The notes under the pieces are model-generated. The model had not been told where the DNA came from, searched no databases, and saw only the letters and a program-made list of their open reading frames with translations. DNA of 61,893 nucleotides, the filler included, from Choristocarpus tenellus KU-1152 (lineage: Eukaryota; Protista; Phaeophyceae): the NCBI GenBank assembly GCA_964200185.2. It is 11 parts of 11 records of this genome, joined end to end, with 100 filler letters (N's around TTAATTAATTAA, not from the genome) between each part and the next. Parts side by side here need not be neighbours in the genome. Positions count along the whole stretch, not along the records: positions 45,669 to 54,398 come from CAXNAD020004397.1; positions 54,499 to 58,803 come from CAXNAD020015198.1; positions 58,904 to 61,893 come from CAXNAD020023107.1; 8 more parts are not named here. One strand, written 5' to 3'. Of this stretch, positions 54,024 through 61,893 are shown one piece after another (position 1 is the first letter of the stretch; each line of letters begins with the position of its first letter). The position numbers and the translations under genes were made by a program.

Positions 54024-54498
54024 ATGGAACTGTGCTGACATTTTCTTTTCCGAAAGTATTGACCAGCTCATGCCAAAGTAGAGGGAAGGCAAGCACTTGG
54101 GTGTATAACAAACCTCCCGTGCAATGTACTTGCAGAAAAGACATCTAGGACACTAATAAGTACTCCAAAGTAGAATGCACCAGTGTGAAACTTCGTCACC
54201 ATATCCCCATGCAATGCACCATTTTCTATCTGTCGGCTGGTATTTGTTGAGAGGTGTTGAAAAACCTGAGTACAAACACTGTGGGGAATCCAGAGAAACA
54301 AGGAGACTCAAAGTATCTGGGGGGGGGGGGGGGGGTCAAAAAAAAGATTTCCATTGGGGCCCTGAGGAGGAAAAGGGCATTTTTTTTTTCTGTCTTGTNN
54401 NNNNNNNNNNNNNNNNNNNNNNNNNNNNNNNNNNNNNNNNNNTTAATTAATTAANNNNNNNNNNNNNNNNNNNNNNNNNNNNNNNNNNNNNNNNNNNN

Positions 54499-54680
54499 GA
54501 ACTCAAAATATCTGGGGGGGCGGGGGTGGTCTACACCAAGGTGTCCATTTGGACCAAAACTAGGAAATGTGTACTTACATTACCCATTCAACGTATGCAA
54601 CCAAATCACCCAAAAATCGCAACATGAAAAAAATTGACCCCAAAAAGACAGCCGCCACCCTCCCCCAGATACTTTGAACG
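54499..54680 (+). mobile_element. MITE family A copy at the contig start; another left end at 54305-54398
   Basis: ACTCAAAATATCTG(n) ... CCCCCAGATACTTTGAACG. Confidence 0.85.
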
Positions 54681-55167
54681 TAACCTGGCATATTGTAGTT
54701 GGTGAAGCAGCTGGAGAGCAGCCCACATTATTGGGTAGTTGCAATACAGGTGTCACTTGTGTTGTGTAGAAAGTGTTTTTTTATGACTAGCCCAAAAGGA
54801 TGATCTAGCTAACATTCATATTGAACATTATTATATCAAAATCAAAAAGAGCCTGCAGTGGAGAGAATGGGGAGTTGAAAGGGAGCATTTCTATCCTCGC
54901 CTTTATGCCTACTTCCAGCACCAAATAATGCTCTGTGTACACACAAGAGAATGCCAATGGTTTATAGTAGTTATGATGTCATCTCAGAAAAACGTATATA
55001 GGTCGATTAAAGTGTCTAGGAGAGATTCACCGTTATCCAATCAGTAGTGTGCATCTTCACAGGCTTTCACTGCACTATTAATATGACACAAGTGTAACTT
55101 GTGCTGGTTTAGGCAAGAGTCCACTAGAAATAAGGATAGAATGCACAGGATGGATGGATGTACACAC

Positions 55168-58100
55168 CCGAATTGTAGGTGAAGGCCGGGGGTACCCAGT
55201 CCACTTTTCCCTTCAGCGCTTGTTCTTTGAGAGCAATGTAGTCTATATCCTCTGGCAGTCCCTTGACAGTACCTCTGGTTGCATCACATATACTGCTCTC
55301 CTGTTCCACCAGCCAACTATGGAAATGTGCACAGGGGGATGTTAGCATGGCAATACATCAGTCACCCTGTGAAGAACTGTGCTGATTAGGCCAGGCAGAG
55401 TAAAGACATGACCACAAAGTCAAGTGTGCACTTTGCGAGTATACATACATAAATAGTTATGTATATTCTGGAACACAACGGAGAAACAATGCTTTTCAAC
55501 TTTGTGCCACACTTGTGCTGTTCAGGAAACACTGGGAGTTAAGTCATCACATGACAAAAAAACTTGGTCCAGATTGAAATTTGCACTAGTGAAAAAAGAC
55601 TGATGTTTGAAAGGACAGTATGGTAATGAAATGAGAAGCGCAGTTCTGAGTCAAAGTATCTTAGAGGGTAGAGCCGCGTCCATTTGGGAGCCAAAATCCA
55701 ATGTTGCAATTTTGATGTACTTTTGTTCATCTTGTTTGCTAAGAGGTATAAATATCCTTGTTATGGACCCATCTTTCATATTGTATAAATTTTACCTACT
55801 CCGAAACATTTCGGAGCAGGAAAATTTAATAAAAAACCCGTGGGAAGCTAACCCCGAAATGGACAAACATGGCAAAAGTTGAGATACTTTCACTCTCTGC
55901 AACATATATTTCTCACATCCTTGCACTATCCTGTCAACCTATCTGCTGCAATACTTACTCAAACGGATTCATACCAAGTGCTTCAAAGTATATCCTAAGC
56001 GACTACAAGAATCAACCTATCTACCCCAGCATTCAATACTCAAAGGTGAACATTTTCCTACTCCATGCTGTACTTGTACCCTAAATGGCATCGCAATTGA
56101 AGCACTGGAGTCCAAACTTCCATACACCAACGTACTAGAAGCATATACACACATACATGTATGTGTGTGTGCATGAAGAGGTCCCACTCACTACTGTTGC
56201 TTGTATCACCAACACCAGGCTGTGATTGCAGAGTCTGGCGTGGCATAGCTACCCCATTAAATTTTTTTTGAAATGGCAGGCATGCTTTGCTCCCACCTGC
56301 TTGTGAATGGTGGGATCCAGCTGTCACCCTCAATGCATGGCCATCCATAATTGGGCACTTTCCCATTCTGAGTTCCGCCTTCCTGGTCTGTGATGACTTT
56401 GATGCTCTCTGCTGTATCCAAGCCAACATCAGCAACGACCACATCACCTGTTATGGGAGACATAGCTGCTCGGAACGGGTTCCTAAACCCTTTGCCAATA
56501 ACCTAAAATAGATATGATGAAATGAACACAGCGGAATGTATTAGGTGACCTGGGTTGCCACCAACAAGAGGTGAAAGTGTATGTATTGCTAAGGTGTTGT
56601 GAAAGTCTATTCTTGCGGCAATCCTGCAAAAATGAATTTGGAAGGGTAAGGTACACTGACTTGCACGAAAAGACATACATCAGATACACACTACTCCTTA
56701 ATATACAACATACACACCAAGGCTCCATTCTGGCAAAGATGTGAGTTCTGCAGTTAGACAGATAGATCTAGATCTTTCCCCTCAACACTCAGGCATCATG
56801 ACACTTTCTGGTAAGATATCAATCGTACAGGGGCAACTTTGACACTCTGTAGTAGAAAATGTGTTGGAGCCCTAAAAACAGGACAGATGAAAGGGTTAAA
56901 GCTGGTATTGATGATCTTCAATTGCAGAGTTAGCAAGCAACACTCACCAGACCATCACTCTGCATGTCCCCATAACCCTAACCCTAACCCTAAATCTGAG
57001 CAATACAAACAAAAGAACACAATTACTACTCCATCCCCAAAGCAATAGCGATTCTAACAATCACAGGACTCACAATGTAGTCGACCCCATTGTCCAAGAA
57101 AGCTTTGCTTGGATTTACAGGATGTGGTGAGGTCTTTACAAGGGCTTCGGCAGAGATTCGGAAAACCTTTCCCTCACCAAAATCGTCTCTTTGAGCGCGA
57201 AAGTTCCCCTGAGGTAGTCCAAGCCTATCAATAAAACAAGTATTATACTCGTCATCCCCCACATCCCGCTGTTCTGCCTGAAAAAGTGGGGATAACAGTT
57301 CGTTTATTTCATAAATTTGGTGTGGATGGTATCGAAAAAACCCAGGAAAGGTCCTTGCTCTTGAGACTTGTGCACTGTGGTGGAAGTAGACAACAGAAAA
57401 ACCACCACATTGTAAGAGTTTCCAGATTTGAAAACTGCTGCTTTGGCCTTCAGAAGTGTGGTCTGGAGGAGATCTACTCTGCTACCACCCTAACCCTAAG
57501 TCGAACCCTAATCCTGTAGATACTTTTGAAGACCAATAGACCAACCTATCAATTCTAATCACAGCTGAATATAAGTACATACACTCTGATATCAATTTCA
57601 AAGAACAGGCATGTCTATGAGATACAACCCAAACGCTCTATTGCAGCATTCTTTAAAGAAGGTGGCTTAGTGATAGGGATTGGGGCACAGAGTACAAGCA
57701 AGGCAGTCAATGCACAGTATGTCAGCAGTGATGACATGAGGGAAGCACTGAAAATAGCACCTCACTTCTGGGGTCAGAGACACGATAAATACTGGGACTA
57801 TACAGTACCCAAAATATTCATAGTAGCTAAAAGAGACTGTGCAGAACATGGCTTATGTACATGACGTGAGGATTAAAGTGATACTGTGGATATAGAGGAG
57901 GTTGTTATCAAGTTCTCATAAGTTCCTTTCTTTCGGCCCTACTAGAAACACACTGTGAGCATTATACCTTCCCAACACGTTCCATATGCTTTCCTTGCAT
58001 TTGTATGCTACTCATTTTTTTCTTTGTTTCATGTTTCAAGTAAAGTTTCTTCAGTAAAGCCTGATGTTTTCTTGAGTGCAAAATTACCCACCTCAGATAA

Positions 58101-58803
58101 TGTAATACTTAACATTTTAATATTATGTGCGACAAAGCATTATCTAGACAATGGACGCAATAAATCTTGCTGACTCAAGAGTTTGCCAAGCAGTCAATGT
58201 CACAAAAAAAGAAGCTTTGAGTGCTTTTCTTGACAACGGATATCATGGAGTAAATGGACCCAAGCATTGCTCAGAACAATGGGGGTTAAGGAGCATGTGG
58301 GCCTGAGTATTTCCTGTGTAACGAGGGTTATGAAGGACTACAACAGATACACATTTTCCCTTTGTTGCACTATTTCACATTTCTCTTGCCAATTGTTTTT
58401 CCATTTCTCTCTTCTTCGCGTTTGGGTTAGGGTTAGATCAAGGTTATGCGTAAAGCAATGGTGTAGAAGTAGGTCGCTTCATGAGATAAGGTTGATTTAA
58501 TTGAAGGAGCACTTGATTCAGGAGCTTGGCATTCCACTATATTCTTCCTATCGACACAATCCAATACGACTAACTGCTCCAACAGAGCCTCAGTGAAACA
58601 GGGATTTCTGGAGGCATGCCACAATATCTTCTTCAACAAACACTGAAGATATATACCGACTTAGTGCTCAAATACGACCACTCGATTCTCGTCGCTAGTT
58701 GAGGTCAAAATTAACGCCAGAAAGGACTCAAAAAAGTTCTTGCTCACCTTGGACATATCCCCAATAGTCAACACCATGTCCCCGTTCAACATGAACACCA
58801 TCC
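55168..58803 (-). CDS. Glucose/sorbosone (PQQ-dependent sugar) dehydrogenase family beta-propeller protein, internal exons
   Basis: Exons 58803-58748, 57277-57074, 56502-56297 and 55316-55168 have compatible phases. The motifs NGDMVLTIGD, GKVFRI, GKGFRNPFR, VVVADVG and NYGWPCIEG are typical of GSDH/HHIP-like proteins. Confidence 0.85.
55648..55895 (+). mobile_element. MITE family B, complete copy in a GSDH intron
   Basis: GAGTCAAAGTATCTTAGAGGGTA ... GAGATACTTTCACTC with a TCT direct repeat. The right TIR is partly deleted. Confidence 0.88.
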
Positions 58804-58903
58804 NNNNNNNNNNNNNNNNNNNNNNNNNNNNNNNNNNNNNNNNNNNNTTAATTAATTAANNNNNNNNNNNNNNNNNNNNNNNNNNNNNNNNNNNNNNNNN
58901 NNN

Positions 58904-59494
58904 GGTTGCCTTGTCAGGTGCTCTGATGATGCTCCCAATACCTCTCTCACCCCCTCATTCGCCACCATTACTGGCCTTACCATTGGTGTCGGTGGTATTG
59001 GTGTGGCTCGCCTTGTCAGGTGCTCTGAAGATGCTCCCAATACCTCTCTCACCCCCTCATTCGCCACCGTTACTGGCCTCACCATTGGTGTCAGTGTTAT
59101 TGGTGTGGGTTGCCTTGTCAGGTGCTCTGATGAAGCCCCTGATCCCTCTCTCACCTCCTCTCTTGCCGTTACTGGCCTCATCATTGGTGACAGTGGCATT
59201 GGTGTGGGTTGCCTTGTCAGGTGCTCTGATGAAGCCCCCGATCCCCCTCTCCCCCCCTCACTGGCCGCCATTACTGACCTCACCGTTGGTTCCAGTGTCA
59301 TTGGTGTGGGTTGCCTTGTCAGGTGCTCTGATGATGATGCTCTCAATCCCTCTCCCTGCCCCTCCAACATTTCATTCTGCAGGCCACTAACAGTCCCTTG
59401 CCATGAACTATCTACTATCACTTCCTCCACACACCCTCGCGCCTGGTGTGGTGGTGCCTCGGATGCTGTGGGCATTCCATTAGGGACACATGCC
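58904..59494 (-). CDS. Probable exon encoding 33-34-aa tandem repeats (SSEHLTRQPTP...), cut by the gap
   Basis: Repeat cores at 58911, 59013, 59115, 59214 and 59316 (periods 102, 102, 99, 102, all multiples of 3). The frame stays open and a candidate AG acceptor lies near 59495. Confidence 0.6.
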
Positions 59495-59779
59495 TACCAC
59501 GTTTAAAGGGCATTCAAATAATCACATGTAAAAATATGTTCAGTATGCTGTGAGGAGTAGATGTATGCGTGACTGACTTGTGGTTAGGCGGGGTGCACAG
59601 GACTAGGTAGAGGTAAACGCAATCCCTGGATTGAGGGATAGGGAAATATCTCTTAAAGGAGGTGAGGATGATTGCTGGCTTATGTCTGAATATCTTTAAC
59701 TCTCTACTTGAAGTATCTGTGCTATTTGCAGCTGTTGAAAAGGGGTATTCCCCTGGGTATTTGGACTGAATGGGGCATA

Positions 59780-60460
59780 AGAATCGGTATCAATTAGGCA
59801 GCATGCACAGTATTGGACAATGGTGTATTAGCCAATTCTCGCAAGCTCGCCAACCTTGCAGATTTATGCCTTAGGTTTCCTGTCTATCTCTCGAGTCTTG
59901 AGCTTCTACATTGATCCGACTTGTCTTAGTTACAATGATTGAAGGTGAACATGTGACTCCTGATGTACTCAAGAATATCGAACGTCCAAGACAACTCGTT
60001 GTTCCTGGTGAACTGCAAGGCAGTCAAAATAAGCCAAAAGCACAGATGCTCCTAATAAGATTATGCTACGATAGTGCTCCGAGTACTCCAAAGCATTATA
60101 TATAGTATAGCAGTGTTCATTTGATGCACACTGTATGTATATTCCTGCCCCTTGTCCTACATGAATACATTGGTATTCCTCTTGGAGGGCCCTGACAAAA
60201 AGGGTAGGGTATCTTGCTGCCCCTCCACAATTTTGTAGCAAATAGCTAATAGCTGACGGCAAACAAGTGTAAATGGCGCTTTTGTTTCTGAGTTGGAGGC
60301 ATATCTGCAGCTTCTAGGCACTCCATGGAATCATGTGACATACACACACTACATATGGTGCTATATCATGTACATGAGAGCCACCCCCCTTTTCTGTTTG
60401 TTCTTGGACATAGATCAATGAGTGAATTTACATTTGTAAGAAGTGCAGGATGTTAGGTGC
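59780..60460 (+). pseudogene. Possible decayed EnSpm/CACTA-like transposase
   Basis: Broken motifs in the expected order: LGSMHSI/LDNGV (cf. DxMH..LGV), IERPRQL (cf. RxPRxL), WRALTK, VTYTLHMVLYH (cf. TYNxHxLxH) and SEFTFVR (cf. xFxFER). There are many stops and frameshifts. Confidence 0.4.
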
Positions 60461-61721
60461 AAGTTAGAGCACCTAAGCGGGTGCATCCAACATGTGATTC
60501 CTGCAAGTAATCCTTTCAAAATCTAGTTGCTTTGTGCAACGGCACGGGACGTTTGGTCGGAATGTTGACTTTGCAGTTACAGCTGTGGGTAATAGTGCCA
60601 ACCCTACTACATAGTGCATGACACAAGCATATTTTCAAAGGTTCGGTGCTTTGAAGTATGCACCACAGTGTGGGGAATGGATACCTCTAACAAAAATTGA
60701 CAATCATGGCGTCATGAATCAGGTGGTTGTACATAACTACTTCATCACACCATCATTGGTTGCCTGACGAGACAAGTGCCGGCAGTCCAGGGCTACTTCA
60801 TATATCAATCCATGGCAGCATTCGCTGTGCAGTGGTACATGACACATATTGATGGCACTAACGTTTGTAAGGGCAACTTCAACAACAACTAGTCAAAGGT
60901 CTACGTAATGTTACAAAAGATGTCTGGTGTTTTCAAGGCTTAGATAGAATATGTGCGGGAATGACATGGTAAAGGTGCCCAAGAAAGCGGCCTAACTTGC
61001 GCCTGACGTGCTTCAATTGGTGCAGAAAAAGGATAAATTGCTCGATCAATGTGCCAAAAAAATAGAGAGAAAATATGAGGGGTGGTTCATCAAATTGGAG
61101 GGAGATCCCTCAGTCAGGGTGACTCTAATGCATGTGGCAACTACAGCATGCATCGCTGTGTGTGGTTCCCTATGTTGCCACTGATTCTAGCCCTTCATTG
61201 CAACGTTTCAACCTTACAAGCACTAAAAGCAACAGTAAGGCCTTAGCAGTATCAAGGGTCTATATCAATAGATTTGTTGGAGCTCTAGAGGGCAAGGTTG
61301 GAAGAGGGGAAGCAGGGGGGACTGTGGTATGTCCATTTCTGGCTGCACATAGTAGTGCTAAGTAGACAAATGATTAACAAGCCCACCAACCCTCCTCCTG
61401 CCAGCAGCATCAACATGATCCCTTGCCTCACCCCCCTCGAGCAGTCAAAAACATTATTCCTTGTGTGCAGAGGTCTGCATCTTTATTCAGTTACATCACT
61501 TCAAACTATGATTATTCACACGTCTCATGATTTAGAGTATCACCCAAAAACCTTTAGGTGCTAGATGTGCTAGTCTTTAATTTGTGGAGAACTCAATCCG
61601 ACGGTTTGGGGTGAGTATCCCATATACTTCTTCAGTTGGTGGGACGAAGCACCATTAGGGATGATGAAATACTAGAATATGTTCATATTTTGCCTTTTTA
61701 TGCATTATGAGTATGGATTTA

Positions 61722-61893
61722 GGCTCAAAGTATCTGAGGGGGGTGGTGGCTGTCCATTTGGGGTCGATTTTTTCATGTCTCAATTTTTGGGTGATTTGGT
61801 TGCATAAGTCAGATGGATAATGTAAATACACCTTTCCTGATTTTGGTCCAAATGGACACCTTGGTGTAGACCACCCCCCCCCCCCCACATATT
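61722..61893 (-). mobile_element. MITE family A copy at the window end
   Basis: GGCTCAAAGTATCTGAGGGGGG ... GGACACCTTGGTGTAGACCAC(C)n. Confidence 0.85.

Noticed and set aside
1-61893. Functional cluster or operon linking FBA, Hv1, GatC, TOP1 and GSDH
   Set aside because: The genes lie on separate contigs joined artificially, and several are truncated at the gaps.

Overview
Intron-rich eukaryotic nuclear DNA. It looks stramenopile and probably brown-algal, an inference from the class II FBA, TTAGGG motifs and intron style. The window is not contiguous: it is 11 contigs joined by ten artificial 100-nt N-TTAATTAATTAA-N linkers, so neighbourhood across gaps means nothing. Manual splicing gave three complete genes: class II fructose-bisphosphate aldolase (9 exons), a DUF4336-like MBL-fold protein and an organellar GatC. 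It gave five partial genes: a tandem dynein-light-chain-domain protein, an Hv1-like voltage-gated proton channel, DNA topoisomerase IB, a PQQ/GSDH-type sugar dehydrogenase and a coiled-coil protein. There is also a 34-aa repeat exon. Intergenic and intronic DNA holds two related MITE families sharing a CAAAGTATCT terminal core, Copia, Gypsy and probable CACTA remnants, short interstitial (TTAGGG)n tracts, microsatellites, and two strictly periodic but degenerate arrays (74 bp and 120 bp). The most notable observations are 3 GC-AG introns among 8 all-phase-0 introns in FBA, the Hv1 signature, the MITE pair with 3- or 4-bp TSDs, and a CpG-island-like versus CpG-depleted landscape suggesting cytosine methylation. 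No CRISPR array, rRNA or tRNA was found, and I cannot claim a clearly new multi-gene system.
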